Origin: Candidatus Scatovivens sp. | Lineage (GTDB): Bacteria > Bacillota > Clostridia > TANB77 > CAG-508 | NCBI GenBank assembly: GCA_045646345.1 | Contig: JAZRKN010000011.1 | Location: forward strand, 94,801-158,800 | Direction: 5' to 3' | DNA length: 64,000 nt | Shown here: one piece after another, positions 29,382-39,641 of the stretch | Layout: every line of letters begins with the position of its first letter | Numbering within the stretch: the first letter of the stretch is position 1 | Translations under genes and position numbers: made by a program | Notes under the pieces: model-generated | The model's input: only the letters and a program-made list of their open reading frames with translations | What the model was told of the DNA's origin: nothing | Databases searched by the model: none

Positions 29382-30965
29382 ATGTTAATGGAAAAAGTTT
29401 TACTAAACTTTAATTTATTTTTACTATTAATTTATTTTTATAGAATAATAAGACATGGGTTACATATATTACAACTTGAAAATTATTATCTATCTAGATA
29501 TACAAATTGGATGAAAAAGAATATTAGAAAAGTTTTAAATTTAAAAAATGTTATTCTTTTACTTATTCCAACAATAATGATGATTGTTTCAATATTTGTA
29601 GATGGATTAGTAATTCCAAGTTTAGTTGTAGAAACCTTAATATTGATATGTCTAATAATAAGCTTTAAAAAACAAAAAGAGAAAAAAGCATTTGTAGTTA
29701 CAGCAAGAATAAAAAGAGTTTATATAACTTGTTTAATATTATTTGTGCTAGTAGTAGCAATTGCAAATGTTTTTGATTTCAAAATTGCTTTACCAATAAT
29801 TAATGTATGCGCTATATTAGCTTACTTTTTTGTAAATGTTGTAAATATAATAAATAAACCAATAGAAGCATATATAAGAAATGGATTTTGTAGAAAAGCA
29901 AAAACAAAATTAAAAGAAATTCCAGGATTAAAAGTAATCGGTGTTACTGGAAGTTATGGAAAAACAAGTACAAAATATGTTGTAAATACAATCCTTTCTC
30001 AAAGATATAATACTTTAATGACTCCTGAAAGCTACAATACAACAATGGGAGTTGTTAGAACGATAAATGAAAAACTAACATCAATGCATCAACTATTTGT
30101 ATGTGAGATGGGAGCAAAATATGTTGGGGATATTAAAGAAATAACAGATATTGTTAATCCAACTTATGGAATAGTAACAGCTATTGGACCTCAACATTTA
30201 GATACATTTAAATCTTTAGATAATGTAAGAAAAGCGAAATTAGAATTAGTAGATAGTCTTCCAGATGATGGTTTAGCATTTGTAAACTGGGAAGATGAAA
30301 ACATTAGAAATTCAAAAATTACCAAAAATATGGTGAAATTTGGATTATCTAAAGAAGCTGATTATTATGCTACGAATATAGATATAACAGAAAGAGGATC
30401 TAGTTTTGATGTTGTAGTTCCGGGAAAAGAACCAATAAAAATTAAAACAAGATTACTTGGAAATTTAAATATTTTAAATATAGTTGGTGCTGTGGCGATA
30501 GCTGATAAATTAGGTCTTACGCCTGAAGAAATAAAAATAGGTGCAAAATATATTAGACCAGTACCACACAGATTAGAACTAAAACAAAATCCAAATGGAA
30601 GTATAATTATTGATGATGCATATAATTCAAATATTAAAGGTGCTAAAATGGCTCTAGAAGTATTAAAATCTTTTGAACATAAAAAGAGAATTTTAATAAC
30701 GCCAGGAATTGTTGAATTAGGTGATAAACAATATGAAATAAATAAAGAATTTGGAGAAAAAGCAGCTGAAAGCTGTGATTTCATTATATTAGTAGGAGCT
30801 AGTCAAGCGGTTCCGATTTATAATGGGATAAAAGAAAAACACTATCCAGAGTCAAAAGTATTTATTGCTAAAAACTTACAAGAGGCATTAAGTAAGATGA
30901 ATGAAATTTTAACAAAAGATAGTGTAGTTTTACTTGAAAATGATTTGCCAGATAATTATCTATAG
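29382..30965 (+). CDS. murF: MurF-like Mur ligase with N-terminal membrane domain
   Basis: GVTGSYGKTSTK, SYNTTMG, CEMGA, PQHL, IDDAYNSN and TPGIVELG motifs; N-terminal TM helices. Confidence 0.85.
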   Translation: MLMEKVLLNFNLFLLLIYFYRIIRHGLHILQLENYYLSRYTNWMKKNIRKVLNLKNVILLLIPTIMMIVSIFVDGLVIPSLVVETLILICLIISFKKQKEKKAFVVTARIKRVYITCLILFVLVVAIANVFDFKIALPIINVCAILAYFFVNVVNIINKPIEAYIRNGFCRKAKTKLKEIPGLKVIGVTGSYGKTSTKYVVNTILSQRYNTLMTPESYNTTMGVVRTINEKLTSMHQLFVCEMGAKYVGDIKEITDIVNPTYGIVTAIGPQHLDTFKSLDNVRKAKLELVDSLPDDGLAFVNWEDENIRNSKITKNMVKFGLSKEADYYATNIDITERGSSFDVVVPGKEPIKIKTRLLGNLNILNIVGAVAIADKLGLTPEEIKIGAKYIRPVPHRLELKQNPNGSIIIDDAYNSNIKGAKMALEVLKSFEHKKRILITPGIVELGDKQYEINKEFGEKAAESCDFIILVGASQAVPIYNGIKEKHYPESKVFIAKNLQEALSKMNEILTKDSVVLLENDLPDNYL

Positions 30966-31061
30966 AATCAAACTTTTTTCAAACAATAGTATAAAATGCT
31001 ATTGTTTGAATTCGTATATAATCATAAAAAATATGATTTTTGAATAGAAAGGAAATTAAAA

Positions 31062-32321
31062 ATGAAAATAAAAGTTGGTGTATTTTTTGGTGGAAATTCA
31101 GTTGAACATGAAATTTCTGTAATAACAATGAATCAAGCAATTTCAAGCTTAGATCCAGAAAAATATGAAATAGTTCCTATATATATCGCAAAAAACGGAG
31201 TAATGTATACAGGAGATGATTTATTAGATTTATATTCTTTTAGAGATATGGAAGTATTATTAAAAAGATGTTATCAAGTTGCAGTTGTAAATGATGGTAA
31301 AGGCGTTAAAGTTATGAGATGCCCAGCACCATGGATTGGAAAAAGAGTATTAAATACAATTGATGTTGCTTTCCCAATAGTACACGGAACAAACTGTGAA
31401 GATGGAACAATAGCTGGATTTGTAACATTGCTTGGAATTCCTTTTGTAGGCCCAGATATTCTTGCTTCAAGTATAGGAATGGATAAAATTCTTCAAAAGA
31501 AAATTTTAAGACAATCAGGAATACCAGTTGTTGATTTTGTACCATTTTATTCAGTTGAATACATAAAAGACGAAGAAAAAATATTAAAAGATATCGAAGA
31601 AAAATTAGAATATCCAGTGATTGTTAAACCAGGAAATTTAGGTTCAAGTGTTGGAATTAGAAAAGCTAAAAACAAAGTTGAACTTGAAGAAGCAATTGAG
31701 TTTGCAATGGAATTTGCTGATAGAATAATTGTAGAAAAAGCAGTTGAAAACTTAAAAGAAATTAATTGTTCTGTAATTGGAGATTTAACTGAAACACAAG
31801 CTTCAATATGTGAAGAACCATTTTTCTCAGATGAAATTTTAAGTTATACAGATAAATACATCGGAGATGGAAAATCTAAAGGTGGAACAATTGGTGGTGG
31901 AAAAGTAAATTCACCAAAACTTGGAGGACAAAAAGGTGGAGCAAAAGGAGGAAATACTCAATTTGCAAACAAAAAAATCCCTGCTGATATAAGTAAAGAA
32001 AAAACTGAAGAAGTTCAAAAAATGGCTCAAGAGGTATTTAAAGTTTTAGGATGTAGCGGAGTTTCAAGAATAGATTTCTTAATCGATACAAAAACAGACA
32101 AAGTATACGTAAATGAGATAAATACAATTCCAGGAGCTTTATCATATTATCTATGGGAAGCTACAGGAAAACCATTTGAAAAAGAACTTGACGAAATAAT
32201 AGAAATAGCAATAAAACGCCACAGAGATAAAGAAAAATTAACATTTTCATATGACCAAAATATTTTAGCAATGCAAGGTGGAGTAAAAGGTGCTAAAGGT
32301 GGAAAAACAGGCAAAATTTAG
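31062..32321 (+). CDS. ddl: D-alanine--D-alanine ligase
   Basis: FGGNSVEHEIS, HGTNCEDG, MDK, VKPGNLGSSVGI, SRIDF and NEINTIPG motifs. Confidence 0.9.
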   Translation: MKIKVGVFFGGNSVEHEISVITMNQAISSLDPEKYEIVPIYIAKNGVMYTGDDLLDLYSFRDMEVLLKRCYQVAVVNDGKGVKVMRCPAPWIGKRVLNTIDVAFPIVHGTNCEDGTIAGFVTLLGIPFVGPDILASSIGMDKILQKKILRQSGIPVVDFVPFYSVEYIKDEEKILKDIEEKLEYPVIVKPGNLGSSVGIRKAKNKVELEEAIEFAMEFADRIIVEKAVENLKEINCSVIGDLTETQASICEEPFFSDEILSYTDKYIGDGKSKGGTIGGGKVNSPKLGGQKGGAKGGNTQFANKKIPADISKEKTEEVQKMAQEVFKVLGCSGVSRIDFLIDTKTDKVYVNEINTIPGALSYYLWEATGKPFEKELDEIIEIAIKRHRDKEKLTFSYDQNILAMQGGVKGAKGGKTGKI

Positions 32322-32409
32322 AACCAAAAAAATGAAAAAATAACTTCACAAATAAAAGGCCAAATGATATAATCAAAATGGATTTTAGAAAAGTTCGGGG
32401 GATGTTGAA

Positions 32410-33303
32410 ATGATATTTAAGGATTATTACAAAATTTTAGACTTACCAAATAATAAAGTAACTATGGCGCAAATTAAAAGTGCGTATAGAGAGCAAGCTA
32501 AAAAGTATCATCCTGATGTAAATATACAAAATAAAAAGAATGAAGAACGTTTTAAAGATATAAACGAAGCTTATAGAGTTTTATCAGATGCCATGAGTAA
32601 AAGAAAATATGATAGAATGTGGCATAGAACAATTGGAAAGAAAAACGCTTCTTATGAAGAAAGCAAAAGAAATAAAGATTCTATTTCAAGTGATTTCTTT
32701 AATATGTTCTTCGGAAATTTAAATGATAAGGAAACTTCAAAAGTAAAAACTAAAAAAGCGGCTTGTAAAGGCGAAAATGTAGAAACTGAAATTGATATTT
32801 CTATTGAAGATGCATTTAGAGGAAAAGAACAAACAATAGGAGTAAGAACCGTTGAAGGAAAGTTAAAGAAATTTAAAGTACAAGTTCCTGCAGGAATAAG
32901 AAACAACGAAAAGATTAGAATTGTTGGACAAGGTAAACCTGGAATTTCAGGAGGAAAGCCTGGAGATTTATTCATTAAAGTAAAAATTAAAAATGACGAG
33001 AGATTTGTGCTTGAAGGATATGATTTAAAAACAAACTTGTACTTGACTCCTTGGGAAGCGGCACTTAGCACAAAGGTAACAATAAATGGAATAAATGAAG
33101 ATGTTTCTGTTTATGTACCAGCCGGTATTCAAAGTGGTGAAAAAATAGAAATTGAAAACAGAGGTTACAAAGACGGAAAAGGTGGTAGAGGAAAACTTAT
33201 TTTAGATACTAAAATAATGATTCCGAAAAGGCCTAATGAAGAGGAATTGAAGCTGTTCAAAGAATTTGAAAAAATGTCAAAATTTAACCCTAGAAATAGT
33301 TAA
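32410..33303 (+). CDS. J-domain chaperone, CbpA-like (no zinc finger)
   Basis: KDYYKIL...HPD J-domain and DnaJ C-terminal domain (LTPWEAAL). Confidence 0.9.
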   Translation: MIFKDYYKILDLPNNKVTMAQIKSAYREQAKKYHPDVNIQNKKNEERFKDINEAYRVLSDAMSKRKYDRMWHRTIGKKNASYEESKRNKDSISSDFFNMFFGNLNDKETSKVKTKKAACKGENVETEIDISIEDAFRGKEQTIGVRTVEGKLKKFKVQVPAGIRNNEKIRIVGQGKPGISGGKPGDLFIKVKIKNDERFVLEGYDLKTNLYLTPWEAALSTKVTINGINEDVSVYVPAGIQSGEKIEIENRGYKDGKGGRGKLILDTKIMIPKRPNEEELKLFKEFEKMSKFNPRNS

Positions 33304-33415
33304 CATAAATTAAAGAAAGTGATTGACTTTTGCAATCTTGTAAGATATAATTATAATGTTATAATGCAAAAGATAAAATTACATTTGTAACAAACTTTTA
33401 AAGGAGTGTAAATAA

Positions 33416-33943
33416 ATGGTTGGAGATAATTTACAAGGAAAATATTTTAGTATTACTGATCCATCACATATGAATACAGTAATCTATCAAGTAAATAGAA
33501 CAGAAAAAGAATTTGCAAAAAATGGTCCTAAATATACAGTTGAAAGACTGGAATATTCAGAGGAATTCATTGGAGAGAAAAAGAAAAAAACATTTTTTGT
33601 TGAAAATCCAGCACCAGAGGGGAATCCTTTGGTAATACTTTCTTTTTCGAAAGAGAAAGTAATCATAAACATGGGTTATTTAGACTACGATGTTGTAAAA
33701 ATATCTAAAAAGCCTATGCCTATGAAATTCCAAACATTATATAATGAACAAGAAACAGATTATAAAGACTTTGCGTATACTCCAAATATGCAAAGACCTA
33801 TTTCAATCATCGATCCTGAAACAGGAGAAGAAATAAAACCAACATTATATTTTGATGAGGAAACAAACGAAGTAAAAGGAAAATGCAAATTAAAACCTTA
33901 TAAAAAATATTTTGCATTTGAAATAAGAGAAGATAAAAAATAA
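33416..33943 (+). CDS. Hypothetical cytoplasmic protein
   Basis: 175-aa ORF with SD AAGGAG and a SigA-like promoter upstream; first gene of a putative operon with virD4. Confidence 0.8.
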   Translation: MVGDNLQGKYFSITDPSHMNTVIYQVNRTEKEFAKNGPKYTVERLEYSEEFIGEKKKKTFFVENPAPEGNPLVILSFSKEKVIINMGYLDYDVVKISKKPMPMKFQTLYNEQETDYKDFAYTPNMQRPISIIDPETGEEIKPTLYFDEETNEVKGKCKLKPYKKYFAFEIREDKK

Positions 33944-33975
33944 TAAATGACTAGTGAGCCGAAAGGAGAAAAATT

Positions 33976-34320
33976 ATGAGCGAAAATACTACAAAAAGTA
34001 GTCGTGAATTGCCAACAGAAGCAGTTTCAGGAGAAGATATTGAAAAGTCGTTAACAGAAAATTATGGTACTGCAGCACTATATTATATTTCTTTTTCAAC
34101 AATTGAAAAAGAAAAAAATTTAATAGAAGGTGATACAGGAACTGCAGATGCAGCTACTGAAGGAAAAAAAGAAGAAATATTAGAATATGGAGATTCAAAT
34201 AGAACAATTGTATTAAATATGATTCCTTACATTGTAGCTGGAATAGAAATGCCATTAAAAGGTAAAGATGTAAAAAGAAGAAGTGATTCTAAAGAAGTGA
34301 CAGAACCACAAAAAGATTAA
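33976..34320 (+). CDS. Hypothetical acidic protein
   Basis: 114-aa ORF with SD AAGGAG. Confidence 0.7.
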   Translation: MSENTTKSSRELPTEAVSGEDIEKSLTENYGTAALYYISFSTIEKEKNLIEGDTGTADAATEGKKEEILEYGDSNRTIVLNMIPYIVAGIEMPLKGKDVKRRSDSKEVTEPQKD

Positions 34321-34369
34321 TATTAAAATTCTTGTATAGTAAATACTACTTAAGAAAAGGTGAAAGAAA

Positions 34370-36431
34370 ATGAGTTTTTTTGATAAATTAAAATCAGCAT
34401 ATAGAAAAATCAAAGGAAAATTAATAGTATTTGGCATACTAGCTATAGCAATTGTTATATGGTTAGTTATGCCATTTTGTGTTGCTAAAGTAAATGCAGA
34501 TATGACTGCTGGTCATACATTTTTACAAAATATGAATAGTGGAACATGGTGGAGTACATTTTTAACAGATATGGGAACAGGAATAACTGCTCCTTGGACA
34601 ATGATTGCTCCTTGTTTTACAGAAAACTATATAGGCACATTTTTACAAGCTATGAAATGGACACTTATTATTTGTGGTTTTGCTGCACTAATAGGAATTG
34701 CTAAAGCATTTCCTAAACACGAATATCAAGATATTGAAAATGGTTCGAGTGATTGGTGTGAAGGTGGAGAACAATATAGAGTTTTAAGCAAGAAAAATGG
34801 TATAATTTTAGCTGAACAAAACTACTTACCAGTAGACAAACGTGGTAACGTAAACGTACTTGTTGTACGGAGGGTCTGGTGCTGGTAAATCTGCATCTTA
34901 CGTTATACCAAATGCTTTACAATTATTAGGTTCTTATGTATTTACAGATCCTAAAGGAGAGCTTTATGATAAAACAGCAGGATACTTTAAATCAAAAGGA
35001 TATGAAGTTAAAGTATTAAACTTAGTAAGACCTCAAAACAGTGATGGTTATAATCCATTACATCATATAAATAATGAAATAGATGTTGATATTATTGCTA
35101 ACACAATTGTTAAAGGACAAGGTGATGGTGGTAAAAGTTCAGACCCATTCTGGGATGATATGTCAGAAATGTTAATGAAAGCATTAATCTATTATCTAAA
35201 AGCAACAAGACCATTAGAAGAACAATCATTATCAAGTTGTTCAGAACTTGTAAGAACAGCAAATAGTAGTGGTGGTGATAACTTACTTACAAATTTAATG
35301 AATCAATTACCATTTGATCACCCAGCAAGAATGTATTATAAAAATATTGAGATGTTACCAGAAAAAACTTTTGGATCAGTACTTGGTACATTACAATCTA
35401 AACTAGGTAAATTCGACTCAAGAGAAATTGCAGAAGTAACATCAACAAATACAATAGATTTTACAGATATTGGTAGAAAGAAAACAGCGGTATATGTTAT
35501 TTCTTCTGATACACATACAGCTTACGACTTCTTACTTACAATATTCTTCTCACAAATGATTCAACAATTATATGATTTTGCTGATGCTAGTGGTGGAGCT
35601 CTTCCAGTACCTACATACTTTATTTTGGACGAGTTTGCTAATATCGGACAAATACCAGACTTTGATAAAAAAATATCTACATCAAGAAGTAGAAAAATTT
35701 CATTTAGTGTTATTTTACAAAACTTAGACCAATTAGAAGATGTTTACGAAAAAGCTTATGAAACAATCATAGGTAACTGCGATACTCACCTTTTCCTTGG
35801 ATCTAACTCACAAAAAACAGTTGAATACTTCTCTAAAGCTTTAGGTGAAAAAACAATTACAAGAGACAACATTTCTGTAAATAAAGATAGAGAAGATTGG
35901 AAGCAAGGTAAGAGTGAATCTGACCAAATTATGGGTAGAGCTCTTATGACTCCTGATGAATTAAGAAGAATGGACAATGACCTTTGTATTATTTATGAAA
36001 AAGGTATTAAGCCAATTAAAGCTAATAAATATTATTACTTTAAATACAAAACTGGAAAGATTGTTGACAGATATAAAGTTGATCACAATGACGTTAATAT
36101 AGAAAGAGGAGTATGGAGAAAATACAATCCATATAATCCATATGTAGAAGGTTCAGAAGATGGAGGAACTGGAACAGGTGGAGGAGCAGCAAACTCTCTT
36201 GAATCATTAGATGATTTATTTGCTGATGATCCAGAAGAAGTAAATGTTGCAAGTCCTTTAGATAATGGTGCTCAAGCGGCTACAGTTGCGCAAGCAGCAA
36301 AAGCGGCAATGCCGATGACTCCTTCTGAAAAAGCTGAAGAAGAAAAAAGGCAAGCAGAACTTATCGATATCCAAAAAGAACTTGAAGCTAAGTTCGATGA
36401 ATTATTTGGAACAATGGATTCAGATGACTAA
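34370..36431 (+). CDS. VirD4/TraG-like type IV coupling protein, one gene interrupted by a +1 frameshift at CGG 34868 (about 686 aa when joined)
   Basis: The upstream ORF gives two TMs and ...GNVNVLVV. The downstream frame gives GGSGAGKS (Walker A), TDPKGE, YNPL, LDEFANIG (Walker B), QNLDQL and LMTPDEL. One extra C separates them. Confidence 0.85.
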
Positions 36432-36435
36432 TATT

Positions 36436-36468
36436 AAAAGATGCTATTTATAAAATAGCATCTTTTTT
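36436..36468 (+). terminator. Intrinsic terminator
   Basis: AAAAGATGCTATTT / AAATAGCATCTTTTTT. Confidence 0.8.
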
Positions 36469-36559
36469 GTGCACTAAAAAAGAATAAATGTTCGTTTTAT
36501 TATTGACGTAAAAATCTTATTATGATAGAATTTAGAAATCAACTAAAAGGAGATAATAA

Positions 36560-37633
36560 ATGAGATTTGTACACATTGCAGATATGCATTTTGATATACC
36601 TTTTACTTCTTTAAACAACAAAGAAGATTTAGGAGAAAAAAGAAGATTAGAGCAAAGAAATGCATTTAAAAAAATAATTGAATATATTAAAAAGAATAAA
36701 GTAGAATATTTCTTTATTGCTGGAGATTTATATGAACATGATTATGTAAGAAAATCTACAATAGATTATATATCAAACTTATTTGATGAAATACCAAATA
36801 CAAAAGTGTTTATAACACCGGGAAATCATGATCCATATATAAAAAATTCAATTTATGATACTTATGAATTTGGTGAAAATGTTTTTGTTTTTAGAAATTC
36901 AAGAATAGAAAAATATGAAGATGAAAATGTTAATATTTATGGTATGGCATTTACAGAATTTTTCATGGAGGAATCACCACTAGAAAAATTAGTATTACAG
37001 ACATCAACTAAACCAAATATATTAGTGTCTCATTGCGATTTAAATGGCGCAAAAGACAAAGAAGGCTTCTCATACAACCCAATTCTTGAATCTAAACTAA
37101 ATTTGCTAGGATTTGATTATGTGGCTTTAGGGCATATACATAAAAATAACTTAGATAATAAAAATAAAGTATATTATCCGGGTTCTACAATTGCTTTAGG
37201 TTTTGACGAATTAGGTGAACATGGAATGATTGTAGGAGAAATAACTAAAGGTAATGTGAATATAGATTTTGTAAGATTAGATGATAGAAAATTTGAAGAA
37301 ATAGAATTAAAAGTAGATGAATTTTCTTCAAAGGAAGATCTTTTAGATAGAATTTTAAATTTAAATCTAGATGACATGGATTTATATAAATTAATTTTAG
37401 TTGGAAATAGGAATTTTGAAATAAATACAAGAGAAATTTTAAGAGTTGTATCAAGAGAAAATATCTTAAAAGTAAAGGATTGTACAAAAATAAATTATGA
37501 TTTAGAAGAACTTTCAAAACAAAATAACTTAAAAGGAATATTTATTAAAGAAGTTTTAGAAATTTATAATAAAGGATTATGTACAGAAGAAGAATATCAA
37601 AAAGCAATAGAAATTGGATTAGAAGCTATGTAA
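36560..37633 (+). CDS. SbcD/Mre11-like metallophosphoesterase (YhaO-like)
   Basis: ADMH, AGDLY, PGNHD, LGHIH and YPGS motifs. Confidence 0.9.
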   Translation: MRFVHIADMHFDIPFTSLNNKEDLGEKRRLEQRNAFKKIIEYIKKNKVEYFFIAGDLYEHDYVRKSTIDYISNLFDEIPNTKVFITPGNHDPYIKNSIYDTYEFGENVFVFRNSRIEKYEDENVNIYGMAFTEFFMEESPLEKLVLQTSTKPNILVSHCDLNGAKDKEGFSYNPILESKLNLLGFDYVALGHIHKNNLDNKNKVYYPGSTIALGFDELGEHGMIVGEITKGNVNIDFVRLDDRKFEEIELKVDEFSSKEDLLDRILNLNLDDMDLYKLILVGNRNFEINTREILRVVSRENILKVKDCTKINYDLEELSKQNNLKGIFIKEVLEIYNKGLCTEEEYQKAIEIGLEAM

Positions 37634-37646
37634 GGAGAGTAAAAAA

Positions 37647-39527
37647 TTGAGAATAGATAATCTAAAAATAAATGGTTTTGGTAAATTAAAGAATAAAGAA
37701 ATAGAATTTTGTGACGGAATAAATTTAGTATACGGTGAAAATGAATCTGGAAAATCGAGTTTATTAAAGTTTATAACAAGTATGCTATATGGTGCCTCTA
37801 AAAATAAAAATGGGAAAGAATTATCAGATTTTGATAGATTCAAACCATGGAAAACAGAAGAGTTTTCAGGTAAAATTGAATATACTTTAGATAGTGGCGA
37901 ATCATTTGAGGTTTATAGAGAATTTAAAAAGAAAAATCCTATAATTTATAATTCAAAAAAAGAAGATATTTCTAAATTATTTTCGATTGACAAAACAAAA
38001 GGAATTGAATTTTTTGAAGAACAAACAGGAATAGATGAAGAAACTTTTTTTAATACAGCAATAACAGAACAAGAGGGAATAAAACTTAGTAAATCAAGTC
38101 AAAACAGTATAGTTCAAAAAATAAGTAATTTAATTTCTTCAGGAGATGATAATATATCTTTCAAGAAATCTTTAGATAAAATTAGTAAAAAGCAAAATGA
38201 AGAAGTTGGAACGGAAAGAACATCTCAAAAACCAATAAACAATGTTGAAAATAAAATTAAAAGTTTATTAAATGAAAAAAGAAATTTAGAAAATTATAGA
38301 GAAAGCGTGTATGATAATTCTCTAGAAAAAGAACAATTAAGATTAGAAGAAAAAGATGAAGAGATAAAAATTGAGTTTTTAAAAGAAATTAAAGTTAAAT
38401 TAGATAACAATAGAATTAAAAGTGCAGAAATTAATTTTAATAAAAACTTAGAAAAAGATTATAACGAAAAAATAGAAGAACTAAATAAGAAAATTACCAA
38501 AAACGAAGTAAAAGAACAAATAAAAGAGATAAATAATAAAAATTATTATTTAGTAATAGCAATAATTTTAATAACATTTATTGTAGTAACTATTTTTAAT
38601 GGTTTTCATTTGTTAAATTTAGTTTTATTATTACCATTGATTTTTGTTTTCTATAAGATGACTAATGCAAAAGAAAAAGTGAGAGAAAATAAGAAAACAA
38701 GAGATTTGGATAGAGAACGAATTATACACGAGATAGAAGTTTTAAGAGAAAATAAAGAAATTCAAAAGGCTGAAGCGGAAGAGAAACAAGAAAAATTAAA
38801 TAGAGAAATCGAAAAAGATAATAATGAACTTAAAGATAAATATATTAAATTTTTAGATTTTGGATTTATGGATGAAAGCTTAAACAAAAATTATGATGAA
38901 ATTTTAAGAGAAATTGATCGAAAAGAAAATAGATTAAATACAATAAAATTTAGATTACATACAATGGAAGCAAATGCTGAAGAAATAAGTAGAAAACTTG
39001 AAAATTTAGCTAAAATTGAAGAAGAACTTCAAGATGCAGAAATAGAAAAAGATGAATTACTATCTTTAAATAGATCTTATAACATAGCTAAAGAGTGTTT
39101 AGAAAGAGCTTATGAACAAGTTAAAGAATCTATAAGTCCACGTTTTACAGAGAATCTTTGTGATATAATTTCTAAAATTTCAGCTGGAAGATATAAAAAT
39201 GTTGTATTCAGTGATACAGATGGTTTGAGAGTAGAAATTGAAAATGGAAATTATATTCCAGCTTCTAGATTAAGTACAGGTACTATAGATCAAATGTATA
39301 TTTCATTAAGACTAAGTGCGTTAAACGAAATGACAGAAGAGACAATGCCAATAATTTTAGATGAAGCATTTGCATATTTTGATAATGATAGATTAGCTAA
39401 TATATTAAAGTATTTAAATAATAATTTTAAAGATAATCAAATAATAATATTTACATGTTCAGATAGAGAGAAAAACATTTTAAGCAAACTAAATATAGAA
39501 TATAATACAATAAACCTTGAAAAATAG
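37647..39527 (+). CDS. SMC/Rad50-like ATPase with internal TM segment (YhaN-like)
   Basis: GENESGKS Walker A, coiled coils, central hydrophobic hairpin, LSTGT signature, ILDEAF Walker B. Confidence 0.88.
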   Translation: MRIDNLKINGFGKLKNKEIEFCDGINLVYGENESGKSSLLKFITSMLYGASKNKNGKELSDFDRFKPWKTEEFSGKIEYTLDSGESFEVYREFKKKNPIIYNSKKEDISKLFSIDKTKGIEFFEEQTGIDEETFFNTAITEQEGIKLSKSSQNSIVQKISNLISSGDDNISFKKSLDKISKKQNEEVGTERTSQKPINNVENKIKSLLNEKRNLENYRESVYDNSLEKEQLRLEEKDEEIKIEFLKEIKVKLDNNRIKSAEINFNKNLEKDYNEKIEELNKKITKNEVKEQIKEINNKNYYLVIAIILITFIVVTIFNGFHLLNLVLLLPLIFVFYKMTNAKEKVRENKKTRDLDRERIIHEIEVLRENKEIQKAEAEEKQEKLNREIEKDNNELKDKYIKFLDFGFMDESLNKNYDEILREIDRKENRLNTIKFRLHTMEANAEEISRKLENLAKIEEELQDAEIEKDELLSLNRSYNIAKECLERAYEQVKESISPRFTENLCDIISKISAGRYKNVVFSDTDGLRVEIENGNYIPASRLSTGTIDQMYISLRLSALNEMTEETMPIILDEAFAYFDNDRLANILKYLNNNFKDNQIIIFTCSDREKNILSKLNIEYNTINLEK

Positions 39528-39641
39528 GTGAAAATAGGTTATAATATTATGTGCGTAAAATTTGTAAATACAATATAAAAATAAAATATAAATTTAATCA
39601 TAAAATAGATTGTGATTAAAAATAAAAGGGAAGAGGTTTTT

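Noticed and set aside
30978-31010. Hairpin TTCAAACAATAG/CTATTGTTTGAA between murF and ddl as a novel RNA
   Set aside because: It is a single AT-rich stem without a U-tract, most simply an mRNA stability or processing element.
34860-36431. 523-aa VirD4 ORF as an independent gene
   Set aside because: No SD, and it starts inside the strand leading to Walker A. It is the +1 continuation of the 34370 ORF.
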